A DNA stretch of 64,000 nucleotides from the NCBI RefSeq assembly GCF_039654945.1, contig NW_027362017.1:1798001-1862000 (forward strand), in the 5' to 3' direction. Position 1 is the first letter of the stretch. Each line of letters starts with the position of its first letter. The DNA is from Dendrobates tinctorius. Lineage: Eukaryota. Shown here piece by piece: positions 23,898 through 35,450 of this stretch. The notes under the pieces are model-generated. The model saw nothing but the letters and a program-made list of their open reading frames with translations, was not told the origin of the DNA and did no database searches. The position numbers and the translations under genes are program-made.

Positions 23898-26800
23898 ATG
23901 GATCCCATACAAGCCTTGTCTGATCAGGGCAAGCACCTGACCCAAATGTTCCATAAGCTCAATGTGGAACAACGCACGATGGCCCAGACCCAGCAACAGT
24001 TGGTGGTTACTGTGCAGGGGGCTGTCGATGCAGGGGCTGGGGGTAGGGATGTGTCATTAGCGTCCCCCGAATCTCCAGTCAAATTACCAGACCTTTTCTC
24101 AGGGGATAAAAAGGAGTTCAGGTCTTTCAGAGAAGGATGCAAGCTTTTTTTTTCTCTAAGGCCCCGCTCCTCCGGAGATGAGTTCCAGAGGGTGGGGGTC
24201 ATTATTTCTCTACTTCGGGGGGCTCCGCAAGCATGGGCTTTCTCTCTGTCTTCCTCTGCTCCTGAACGTATGTCAGTGAACGCATTCTTTGAGGCCCTCG
24301 GGCACATTTATGATGAACCTGACCGAGTGCGATTGGCAGAGGATATGTTGATGAGTGTCTGTCAGGGGAAACACACAGCTGAGTGGTTTTGTTCTGAGTT
24401 CCGCCGCTGGGCAGCAGAGGTCTCTTGGAGCGACGCCGCACTCCGAGGACTCTTTCGCAGAGGCTTGTCCAAGCGGCTGCAGGATGCCTTGGCGTTACAT
24501 CCCCCACCTAACTCTCTCAAGGACGCCATGACCCAGGCCGTCCGGATGGACCGCAGGCTGCGGGCCAGAGGGGTGATGCAGGTGGATACTCCATTATTCC
24601 CCAGTGGAAAAGAGACTGCCCCTGAGCCCATGGATGTAGGCGCCCTCTCCCTGAAGGATACGGAGAGGAAACGCCGGAAGGACATGCAGTTATGCTTTTA
24701 CTGCGGTAAAATGGGACATTGGAAAAGGGAGTGCCCGAATTGCCCGTCTTCAAACCCGGTCGGCGGGAAACGACTAGGTCTGGGTAGTCAACGGGGAGGC
24801 TGCTCAGACCCTCAGGTACCATTTTCCTCGTTTTCTAAAGTAGTACTGCCTGTGGAACTGTTTGTGGATGGTAGTTCTTTTTCCTCTACAGCCTTCGTGG
24901 ACTGCGGATCATCCATTAATCTTATTGACTCCCAATTGGTCACACACTGCAAGATAGGGACAGTTAGGCTCAAGGTTCCGATCAAGGTGATGGCCATTGA
25001 CTCATCATCCCTCACTAAGGAGGGAATTCGCTTTATGTCTGATGTGTTTTCGCTCAGAGTGGGCGCTACTCATGTGGAAAACATAAGTTGTTTTGTGCTG
25101 GACAATCTACCTGCAGGGTTGGTGTTGGGCATGCCCTGGTTACAACATCATAACCCAGTTATTAACTGGAAAACGGGGGAGATTGTACAATGGGGGTTTA
25201 ATGATTTTGAGTTGTATGATAAATCCGCACTGCTGGTTGAACCTGTTAAATCTGTGTCTGTATCATCTGTCGAGCTGGAAGGTATTCCGTAATGCCTGAA
25301 GGACTTCGAAGATGTATTCTCCGAAAGCGAGGCCGAGACGTTACCGCCACATAGACCCTTTGACTGCGCTATTGAGCTGGTCCCGGGGGCTAAATTACCC
25401 AAAGCCCGTCTGTTTAATTTGTCCGGTCCTGAGCGCTTGGCTATGAAGGAGTACATTACTGAAAGTCTGCGCAAAGGACACATACGTCCTTCAGTCTCAC
25501 CTGTGGCGGCAGGTTTCTTTTTTGTAAAGAAAAAAGATGGCGGGTTACATCCCTGTCTCGACTTCCGGGAGCTTAATCAAATTACTGTACGGAATACGTA
25601 CCCCCTTCCGTTGATTCCCAATTTATGTAACCAACTATCAGGGGCAAAGTGGTTTTCTAAACTGGACCTTCAGGGGGCATATAATTTGATAAGGGTCCGT
25701 GAGGGGGATGAATGGAAAACCGCGTTCCTCACGACCGAGGGACTATTTGAAAATTTAGTCATGCCGTTTGGTCTTACCAACGCCCCTGCCATATTTCAGA
25801 ATTTCATCAACGTGGTATTCTCGGATCTCATTGGTCGTTTTGTCGTTATCTACTTAGATGATATTTTGATATATTCCCCCGACAAGTATTCTCATTTGGA
25901 ACATGTACGAACTGTGCTCCAAAGGCTGAGAGAAAATCATTTGTATGCCAAATTGGAAAAATGTGTATTCTGTGTACAAGAGTTGTCCTTTTTGGGGTTA
26001 ATTGTATCCGGTGAGGGTTTTCGCATGGACCCCAAGAAGGTGCAGGCCATTGCGGATTGGGTGCAACCCCGAGATCTTAAGGGTCTTCAGCGCTTCTTGG
26101 GGTTCGCCAATTATTACCGCAAATTTATCCGGGGGTTTTCGCAAGTGGTCAAACCTCTCACGGATCTAACATGCAAAGGTGCGGATGTGAGAAATTGGTC
26201 CTCGCTCGCAAAAGAGGCCTTTGCGACGCTGAAAAAATGTTTTATGTCTGCTCCTGTGTTAGTGCAGCCAGATCCGCCCAAACCATTCGTCGTGGAACTG
26301 GACACCTCTGAGGTGGGGGTGGGGGCGGTGTTGTCCCAAGGGCCTGCCACTCTAACCAACCTCAGGCCATGTGCTTTCTTTTCCAAGAAGTTCTCTGCTG
26401 CGGAAAGAAATTACGACGTAGGCAATAGAGAGCTTCTTGCGGTCAAATTGGCGTTTGAAGAATGGAGGCACTTTTTGGAGGGGGCCAGTCACCCGGTTAC
26501 GGTGATCACGGATCACAAAAATTTGTCGTACATTGAATCTGCTAAAAGACTAACGCCCACACAAGCCCGTTGGTCACTTTTTTTTTCCCGTTTTCAGTTT
26601 ACGATTACATTTCGTCCAGGGTCTAAGAATGTCAAGGCTGACGCCTTATCACGCAGTTTTCAGCCGGTGTCGCCCCCTGAGCCACCGTCCTCCATTCTTC
26701 ACCCTGGGGTTGTGATAGCAGAGGTCTCATCTGAATTTTAACGGGAGATTCAGGGGGCCCAGTCGCAGGCCTCGGCGGCCAAGCCAGAGGGGAAGTTGTT

Positions 26801-27658
26801 TGTCCCAGAGCAACTTCGCCTGAAACTCTTGCAGGAGTTCCATGAATCCAAGCTGAGTGCTCACCCTGGTATTTCAGCCACACGTCTGGCGGTGGCTAGG
26901 ATCTTTTGGTGGCCTACCCTTGGTTCGGACATAAAAAAATTCATTGCTGGTTGTGGGGTCTGCGCTCGTTCTAAAAGCTCTCATAGCCAGCCGGCAGGGG
27001 AGCTGATACCCTTGGCAGTGCCCGAGAGGCCATGGACTCACTTGTCCATGGATTTTGTTACCAATCTCCCTCCATCTAAGGGTAATACAGTGGTATGGGT
27101 AGTGGTGGACAGGTTTTCTAAGCAAGCTCATTTCGTACCCCTGTCCGCACTACCGTCAGCTGAGACTTTGTCCAGGTTGTTTGTGCAGCATGTGATCCAG
27201 TTGCATGGGGTACCCCTGAATGTGGTGTCTGATCGTGGTGTGCAGTTTGTGGCTAAGTTTTGGCGTGCTTTCTGTAAAAAATTAGGTATGTCTCTGTCCT
27301 TTTCGTCTGCATACCAGAAAAAATCAATCCAGTGGCGTATAGGCTGTGCCTTCCACCCTCTTTCAAGATCCCTAACGTCTTCCACAAATCTCTACTGAAA
27401 CCTTTTGAAGCAGTCCGGGGAGACTCAGAGTCTGCTGCTTCTCCTGTTTTGGTCGAGGGGCAGGTGGAGTACGAGGTTGGTCATATCGTAGATTCCAGGT
27501 TGGTACGGCGGTCGGTACAGTACCTGGTTCATTGGAAGGGGTATGGACCGGAGGACAGGTCCTGGGTACCGGCCCGGTTGATGCATGCTGATCGCCTGGT
27601 ACGGGCTTTCCATGCTAAGTACCCGGGCAAGCCTGGGGGTCCAGAGGCCCCCCGTTGA
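23898..27658 (+). pseudogene. gag-pol of the chromovirus: gag (CCHC), protease, RT, RNase H, integrase (partly deleted), chromodomain
   Basis: Motifs CFYCGKMGHWKREC, FVDCGS, YLDD, HHCC zinc finger, SDRGVQF, and chromodomain EYEVGHIVDSR...YLVHWKGYGPEDRSW. In-frame TAA at 25290 and 26739. A deletion near 27315 removes the integrase catalytic E region. Confidence 0.95.
24765..24832 (+). promoter_or_regulatory. -1 ribosomal frameshift signal: GGGAAAC + predicted H-type pseudoknot
   Basis: Slippery heptamer 24765-71, 5-nt spacer, 13-bp stem 24777-89/24798-810, loop AACGGGGA pairs with TCCTCGTT 24825-32. Confidence 0.75.
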
Positions 27659-27669
27659 GAGGGGGGTAC

Positions 27670-28435
27670 TGTCATGATCTCAGTGCGGGTTTGACTCGCA
27701 CACGTGGGGTTAATGTTTGGAACCAGTGCTGATGACTGGCATTTCTGGGGTTAAAGGTTGTGATCCTGATGCAGGCTTACCTGCACACCTGGGGCTATGA
27801 TTGTGGCCTCTCCCTGGTTCTGGGGAGGCTTCTTATAGCTTCAGGACCCTCCCATCCCTGTCAGTTATACTCTTGCCCTTGGCATTGTGTGGTGACCTCT
27901 GAGTGTGTTTGTGCTGTGTTCTGGTTACTTGATTCTCTGTGTATGACTCAGTCTGTTCCCTGGATATCGCTTTGGATTCTGCCTGGTACCTCCTATGTCT
28001 GTTTGGTTTTGATCTCTGCTTGGCCCTGATTATCCGCTCTGTCTCATCCCTGGTACTGTACTGTGATCCTGTGTATGACCTTTGGCTTTGTCTGACCTCC
28101 CGTCTGTTTGTCCCTCCTGTACTCCGTTTGCCCGTACTGTTGTGACCTCCGTTTTGCCTGACTCTGAGTTGTACTGTCATATCTGAAAGCAGGACGCTAA
28201 GCCACGCCCCCTTGCAGTCACATGACCATAGGTCCCGTGCAAGCTTGTTCATTGTCAGTGTCCGCAGGTCCCGTGCCTCCTTACTTTCCAGCGCTGACTG
28301 GACCCTGACACTATTAGCTTGTAGCACGCATTGTCACCTCTGCTGCCCTGCTCCCCAGGTAACTCTTAGCACTGCTTCTGTACTCAGGACACGCGCACTG
28401 GCTCTATGAGCAAGTGTAGTGCGGTGTCTCTGACA
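27670..28435 (+). repeat. 3' LTR
   Basis: Direct repeat of 23071-23835, preceded by the PPT. Confidence 0.95.
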
Positions 28436-30219
28436 TTTGCCCAAATGAAAGCGACGAGGTCGTTCGTATGATCGGGCCGTCTACCGAGAAGACTTTGGCC
28501 CTGCCGGTGCTGACAGTAGGAGAGAATCTATTTTTCACTGATCTTTCTAAACTGTTCCGAATGTTAGACATTCCGAGGTATCAGAGACCGGACACAAGGG
28601 TGGACCGAGAATTGTCCGGACCCTGATTATACGCTTCTGTCACTCGTATTATTACCGTAGTAGCTTTGGCCACTCGTAATTCTTATGACTAAAGACTTCT
28701 GATCCTTTATCTAATATATGCTTAGGTCAATCTCCTTGGACCCTTACCGATCTGCAGAATAATGTATCACAACTAGAGACAGGCTAGGACTGGTCCATAG
28801 GAGGACAGGAGAATCCTCCGGTAGGCCCCTGTGAAGGAGTGCTAATGAGTAGTGCTATTACATGTGAGTCACAATTTGCAGAAAAACGTACAATCTCATC
28901 ACTCATTAAACAAGCTAGCCAAATTAATATTACATGGAAGGAAAAGTAAATTTGTGTTCTAGGGTCAGGATATTTTTGCATGTAGCTGAACAGTGGGCCC
29001 AAAGAACCAATGTTATTGGTGGACCTTTGCCAAACCAGTCCGACACTGACTAGGGATGAGTTAATACATTGTGTAGATTTGGATTCTACTTTAAATTTCC
29101 AAAAAATAAGTATTCATCAAAATGCTGATTTTGTTGTGATGCACTTTTGCATGGATTCAGAAAAATGGAGGCATAAATTCAGCAAAAAGTCCTCTGCTCA
29201 CCTCTCCGGCCCCTCCACTCTTCACGGATTCACAGTATCTTATCACTTTTTGATGGAACATTCATAAACATATTTTCTGGAAAAATCCCTTTTTACGTTT
29301 TATACCACCAGTGCCGATTGTCACTTATTATAGTATACAGCCAGCCATGTCAGCTTCGGTTGTACATTGCTAGTATGGATGAGGAATATGAGCCCGGTCC
29401 ACTCCCTCCTTCCCCAGAGGAGACCACCAGCTGTCTGTAGACAGGTGCGGGATGTGCGCTTGTGTATTTATAAACCTCCACAATGTAGGAGGCTACGAAC
29501 AGTAAGACCCTTCTGAAACACAGTGAGAGGGCACAAACTACTAGGGCATGAAAAAGATGCAACCCAAGGACAATAAGGGCGCTGATTTTGGAAAAGTAAA
29601 AATTCCAGACTCTATTATTATCTATGTAATGATATAAGAGCAGATTAAAATGGCAGTGCATGCCAATGGGGACAAGCTAAAAGGGTGAAATGCTGATGAA
29701 CCCCTAGCTACATACTGACCTCATTTATCGAAACCGCCTAGCTTTAAAGCACAGCACATTAATCAGATAAAAGTCATCCAAACACGCCAATTTTGGCCAG
29801 ATCGTCGCGCCATTTAATGTGTATGGTCCCTCATGGCTCTCCATCAACAGATGATGTTGAGGGAGTGAATAATACGGGACTGTTGCATTTCAAAGGCTGA
29901 TCCTTTTCTCCTTGTTTGGCAGAATAGAGGTGTCTGGCAGTGGCTCGCTCTTCGAGAACACAGGAGCACACAAAATGGGAAAACAGATGCAGGGCTTATT
30001 ACATGGAGAGAGGAAATGCTAAAATATGGATAAAGAGGTGTTGTCTACCCATTGAATCCCATCTGCTCTTGTTTTCTCTGCCAGAGACTGGAAGCGATAA
30101 AGCCATAACACATTCAATCAATGGTCCACTGTGACTACTAGTGTGGTTTTGCTGGACTGGTGAGGGATTTGAGGGGTTGGACAAGACTTTTTTTTTACCC
30201 TTATTGACCTTCTCTTTTT

Positions 30220-30312
30220 GCAGTTTGGAGAAAACCCATTCTTGTTTCAGCATGACACAAGATGTCATCCATAAAGACATGGTGGGAAAAGTTTGGTTTG
30301 AAGGAACTCAAG
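30220..30312 (+). mobile_element. Tc1 transposase fragment
   Basis: Reads QFGENPFLFQHD...SIKTW with a frameshift or deletion. Confidence 0.55.
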
Positions 30313-30318
30313 CTCCAA

Positions 30319-30556
30319 TATTTGGACCTCACAATCTTGAAGGACAGGATCTCCAGTTCAAGGTCAATGATGGAGGTCTACTTCATGATCGGTGTTTAAA
30401 GAATTCCAAAGGTTTCAGATGGTGTTGAAGTCGTGAAGTTCTGACTTCAACACCATCTGAAGCTTTTGGTATTATTTGAACACCGATCCTTAAGTAGACC
30501 ACCATCCTCTACCTCGAACTGAAGCTCCAGACCTTGAAAATTGTGAGGTCCAAATA
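30319..30556. repeat. Foldback inverted repeat, 114-bp arms, 10-nt loop
   Basis: 30319-30432 versus reverse complement of 30443-30556: 18 substitutions, no indels, TA at both outer ends. Confidence 0.9.
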
Positions 30557-31793
30557 ACAAAACCTTGTTAAAAGCCTTAAACCAGCCCTGCACATCATCT
30601 GGAACCAGGATCCAGTATAGTACCAGAACCCCATTATGATTAATGAGTAGGATGAACGCCAAAAGTCTGAAGGATCTAAGTGTCATAAAGAACAAGATAT
30701 TTTTAGATGATAACATTTTGCAGTGACTGTATAAAATATATTCTACAAAGACTTGCATCTATTTCGATCTTTTTCTCTGTAGTCACACAATTTTTATTTT
30801 CTGATTATACGGTTGATACTGGTTAACGTGTCAGTGCACAGGATGTGTCTGCTTGATTCTTTCGATTTCCTTGAAGGCACGACACCGAGCAAACCAAACC
30901 TGTAATGTCAATGTCTGGCGGATGAGCCATGCTAACACAGGAAAACCCCTATAAACAGCTATTCGTGAGAGGAGGTATTTTGTGCAGCAGGTTTAGTAAA
31001 ACACGTGTTCTTCACCACCGGGCATGCCAATCTGTCATATTAACGTCTACTGATATATTTGGCCAGGTTCACAGTTTCTAATGTCTTTGTGTTTACAACC
31101 CAGGATCGAAATGTGCCCTGGTCAATGTTTCCATTAGTTTGATGTCTAGTCTTTTTGTGACAAGCTTCTGTCTTCTTGACAAGCTCATGGTGTCTAGTGG
31201 TTAAATGCTATAATCCACTGTAATCTAGTGGTTTTGTGCTTGTGTCTACTTGTTTAGCATCTTGCAGGTGGTAGGGAGCAGTTTTAAGCATCCAAGAAAT
31301 TATGCTGGTTTGTGGTTTCTTGGGGCAAGTGTGCTAGTGTCCAGTACCTGATGTTCGAGGAGTTCGGTGTCTGTTAGTATAGGTCATCAATCCCTGGTGG
31401 GTGGCAGTTTTTGCTTCACTCAACGACATCCATGGAATTAGTTACTTGGCACTTTTCTGTATTGGACTTCCTGCACCACTCGCCTTCATGTCATGCTGTG
31501 TTTGACATTTTTACCTACTTTCAGACCACCCACAGACTTTGTACATCTGACTGTTCCACGTTCCGTTCTGCAGTGATGTTCTAAAATGGTACTGCATAAT
31601 AGAGCAGCTGTACTAGATCTCGCAACTGCGGCAGTGGAAAGCTGACTGTCAGACAGTGGCTAATAGTGGCAGACCATGTGGCATCTATGGGGGTCTGTGA
31701 GTTAGGGCCAGTGATGGAACCATCCCCGCCACCCGATATTCATCTGTATCCACATCCTGTAATGAATGCTATGATGGAACAGGGAGCCATCAG

Positions 31794-33581
31794 TGTTGTG
31801 AACTCCCTTGCTCGGATTTCTGAGCCGAAGCTCCCTCTGCTCCCTCTGGTGGTTACTGAGAGTAGTGGAGCTGGCCAGGTTGATGGAAGTTCCCCACCTG
31901 ACGACGATAATTGGGAACCTGGGATTACTGGCTGGGAGCATATAATTGAGCTGGCTGCTCTTGAAGGTTGCTGGTGATTTTCCTCTCATTTGGAGTTCTT
32001 TTGTCCCCTGTCTGATCCGCTTGGCTCAGTTAAGTGATTCTTTTGCTAATCCTTTGCATCTAATCTGGTTGTGCCTTATTTTTGCTTTCTGCTTTGATGC
32101 TAGGGTTCAGCATGCTCCCTGCTGGGGGCAGCGTTGGGCCCTGCTTCATATGTTACAGCTTGTTCAGTCCCCTGTTATGTTAGTATTTTTTTTCTTTGTT
32201 GCCAGTTTATACCAGAGTGCTGATCTAGTGGGGGTGAGGTCGTGTGGCCTCAGGTTTTTTATATATCAGAAGTGTTGGACTTTTTTTAGGGTTTTGTGCG
32301 TGATTGCAGACAGTATCTTTTCTGTTCTGTCTAGACAGCTTGGGCCCCACCATTTGCTCTGTGTGTTCTCTGCCTGTGTTTGTGTCTCATCTTGTCTCAC
32401 CGACAATATATGTTTGGGGGGGCTGTCTATTCCTTTGGGGATCTGCTCCGGGGCAGTTTAGATCTCACCTTTCTGTCTTTTGGTTTAGTTAGTTCTCCGG
32501 CTGTGACAAAGCGTCTAGGGCAACGTAGGAACACTCCATGGCTACTGCTAGTTGTGTGGATAGGATCAGGGGTCTGCAATCTGCTTAGTTACCAACCTCT
32601 CTGGTCTTCTGGTGGCTTAGCCTGTTTCTGCCATCCTCCTCGGTGACCCATTCATAACAGAATCACCAGCCTGACCATAGATTCTAGTGTACTCAAAAGA
32701 AAGAAATAATTGTAAAAAAAAAAAAAAAAAGTGTCAGAATTTTTTAATATAGTTTTTCCTCTTTTTCTCTGGGGCTGTAGGAGGATTTTTTCCTTAATGG
32801 AGACTAAGCAATTGTCCGATTGTGTTGAACAGCTTGCTGCTGAAGTGCGGGTAATTTCTGCCTATCTCGCTCAATCATCTGCTGTAGAACCAAAGATCCC
32901 TACTCCTGATGTGTTTTCGGGGGATCGGTCAAAATTTTTGAATTTCAAGAATAGTGATTCGTTGATAATCCTTTGCATCTAATCTGGTTGTGACATTTTT
33001 TTGCTTTCTGCTTTGTTGCTAGGGTTCAGCGTGCTCCCTGCTGGGGGCAGCGCTGGGCCCTGCTTCATATGTTACAGCTTGTTCAGTCCCCTGTTATGTT
33101 AGTATTTTTTTGCTTTGCTGCCAGTTTTATACCAGAGTGCTGATCTAGCAGGGGTGAGGTCGTGTGCCCTCAGGTTTTTTGTATATCAGAAGTGTTGGAC
33201 TTTTTTAGGGTTTTGTGGGTGATTGCAGACAGTATCTTTTCTGTCCTGTCCTGTCTAGACAGCTTGGGCCTCATCGTTTGCTCAGTCTGTTCTCTGCCGG
33301 TGTTTGTGTCTCATCTTGTCTCACCGACAATATATGTTTGGGGGCTGTCTATTCCTTTGGGGATCTGCTCTGGGGCAGTTTAGATTTCACTTTTCTGTCT
33401 TTAGGCTTAGTTAGTTCTCCGACTGTGACGAAGCATCTAGGGCATTGTAGGAACGCTCCACGGCTACTGCTAGTTGTGTGGATAGGATCAGGGGTCTGCA
33501 ATCCGCTTAGTTACCAACCTCTCTGGTCTTCTGGTGGCTTAGCCTGTTCCTGCCATCCTCCTCGGTGACCCATTCATAACA
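31794..33581 (+). mobile_element. Internally deleted chromovirus-type LTR element (second family): 5' LTR, PBS, gag stub, partial 3' LTR
   Basis: 5' LTR 31794-32659 (TGTTGTGAA...TTCATAACA). Gag stub METKQLSD...EPKIPTPDVFSGDRSKFLNFKNS (about 32797-32955) runs directly into an LTR copy matching 32035-32659. CATCAG on both flanks. Confidence 0.88.
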
Positions 33582-33769
33582 CATCAGCTCTCTCTTTTCC
33601 ATTATTCTCCCTGTACGTCTGACATCTCAGCATCGCAGACTCGATGACGTCATTACAATGCGACCTCTGTGCAAAGCAGTGCAGTGTAGACCACATGCAG
33701 CAGAGACCTGAACAGCGGGGAACAGGGAGAGGAGAGTATTTCTTTTTTTTAAATCATTGTCTACTTCAT

Positions 33770-35240
33770 GTGAGCCATCATACTATTTGACTGGCAATTT
33801 GGGTGGAGGGGCATTATACTCTTTGGAGTGCTTTGTTGGGATCACCATACTTTTTGGAGTGCAATGTGGTTTCTATCATACTATTTGAAGGGCTACTTGG
33901 GGATCCATCATACCATCTGGAAGACTGTGTGGGTGGCCCTCATGCTATTTGGAATACTATGTGGGGGACCATCATACTGTTAGGGGGGGACCATCATACT
34001 AATGTCATGATCCATGCTGGATCAGGACTGATAAAAAGCACAGGTAACCTTTTTTTTTCCCTAAGCTGTGCTTAAGGTTGGTTGTTGCCCCCGGTGGCCA
34101 TTAGGATTATTGCACTGTGGTGCCGTTTGTTCTAAGTTTGCCCCCGGTGGTGGTGAGCGTCATTGCACTCTAGTTTCTTTAGTTAGGTGCACATGATTAT
34201 AATGCAGGTGTGATTGCTGGCTTTGCTATAAGAGTCACAAGTGTTGCAATCAGTGTTGGTGATAGTGTTCATTTCAACCATCCTTGGTGGAGGAAGGAGC
34301 TGGAGAGCGTTCCTTGCAGCACTGTCTTTGCCCTGGTGTGGAAGGAATCAGGGGATTTCCTTGTAGCTCTGACAGAGCTTGGTGGCAGCGATTCTGGAGG
34401 AGAGATGCATTCTGGTGGTGGACTCTGTTGCCAGGAGCAAGTGCAACAGAGTAAAGCTAAGTTGTGTTTCCCTGTTTGTGTTTTTCCTTAGTGTGTATTA
34501 GTACAGTGGTGGGGCCAGTGCCTGCACCACCCAGCTCCCTAGCAAGGGATAGGTGTAGGGTGTGCTAGGGCGACAGGTTCGTGATCGGCACCCGGTGCGG
34601 AACCGGCATAGGGAACGTTAGGAGCGTTAGGGACACTGACTCAGGGGAGTGCAGGAGGTCTCCACGTCCCCTTTCCCTATCGCAGGGCCCACCGTTGTAA
34701 CTGTTTCCCTTCCCTTTGTCTTGTTGTTTTAGTTACCGGCCTGCGAGCCGTGTCACACAGGACAGTATCACGTGCCGTGTCTTGTTGTTCTAGATACCGG
34801 CCTGCTGGTCGCGTCACACAGGACTGGTCCACGTGACAACTAGTATGAGTCCTATTTGAGGGACCATCGTGCTATTTGGAGGGCTATGTGGGGTGGTCAG
34901 CATACTATTTGGATGGCTGTGCGGGGGCCCTTATGCTTTTTTGGGGCCATTATACTATTTTGAGGACTATGTAGGGGGTCATTAAACTATTTGGAGGGTT
35001 GTTTGGTGCCCAATTATACTTTTTAGAGAGCTGTTTGGAGGCCAATTATACTGTTTGGAAGGCTGTGTGGGGGTCAATCTTACTGTTTGGAAGGCTAAAT
35101 GGGGGCCATTATATTCTTTGGAGGACTGTGTGGGTGGCTATTATACTTTTTGGAAGACTGTGTGAGGGGCCATTATACTATTTGAAGGGCTATTTACATG
35201 CTCATCACACTCTTTGGGGGTCATCATGCTATCTGGACCG
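33770..35240. repeat. Degenerate minisatellite of about 33 bp (CCATCATACTATTTGGAGGGCTGTGTGGGG), interrupted by a solo LTR
   Basis: Unit recurs on both sides of 34003-34838. Confidence 0.75.
34003..34838 (+). mobile_element. Solo LTR
   Basis: TGTCATGA...CGTGACA termini, imperfect TSD ACTAA/ACTAG, TATAAG at 34227. Confidence 0.75.
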
Positions 35241-35248
35241 GCTATGTG

Positions 35249-35450
35249 GATATACAGCGTCCTGTGTGTGATATACAGCTTCCTGTGTGCTATATTCAGC
35301 GTCCTGTGTGCGATATTCAGCGTCCCGTGTGTGATATACAGCGTCCTGTGTGCGATATACAGCGTCCCGTGTGTGATATACAGCGTCCTGTGTGCGATAT
35401 ACAGCGTCCTGTGTGCGATATACAGCGTCCTGTGTGCGATATTCAGCGTC
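35249..35450. repeat. 21-bp minisatellite GATATACAGCGTCCTGTGTGC, about 9-10 copies
   Basis: Directly visible; gives the DIQRPVC pseudo-peptide. Confidence 0.95.

Larger units (their letters stand above)
23071..28435 (+). mobile_element. Gypsy chromovirus (sushi/PEG10-like) LTR retrotransposon, both LTRs present, disabled
   Basis: LTRs 23071-23835 and 27670-28435 (TGTCA...TGACA, about 24 differences counted by eye, roughly 97% identity). TSD TTTGC (23066-70 and 28436-40). PPT GAGAGGGGGG before 27670. Confidence 0.97.

Noticed and set aside
29350-29661. 103-aa minus-strand ORF with a TTTCAG acceptor-like site
   Set aside because: No recognisable homology or partner exons.
29690-29740. CTGATGA...GAAAC resembling a hammerhead ribozyme core (CTGATGA also at about 6896 and in the LTR at about 23130)
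   Set aside because: No stem II pairing between CUGAUGA and GAAA, and no plausible stems I/III.
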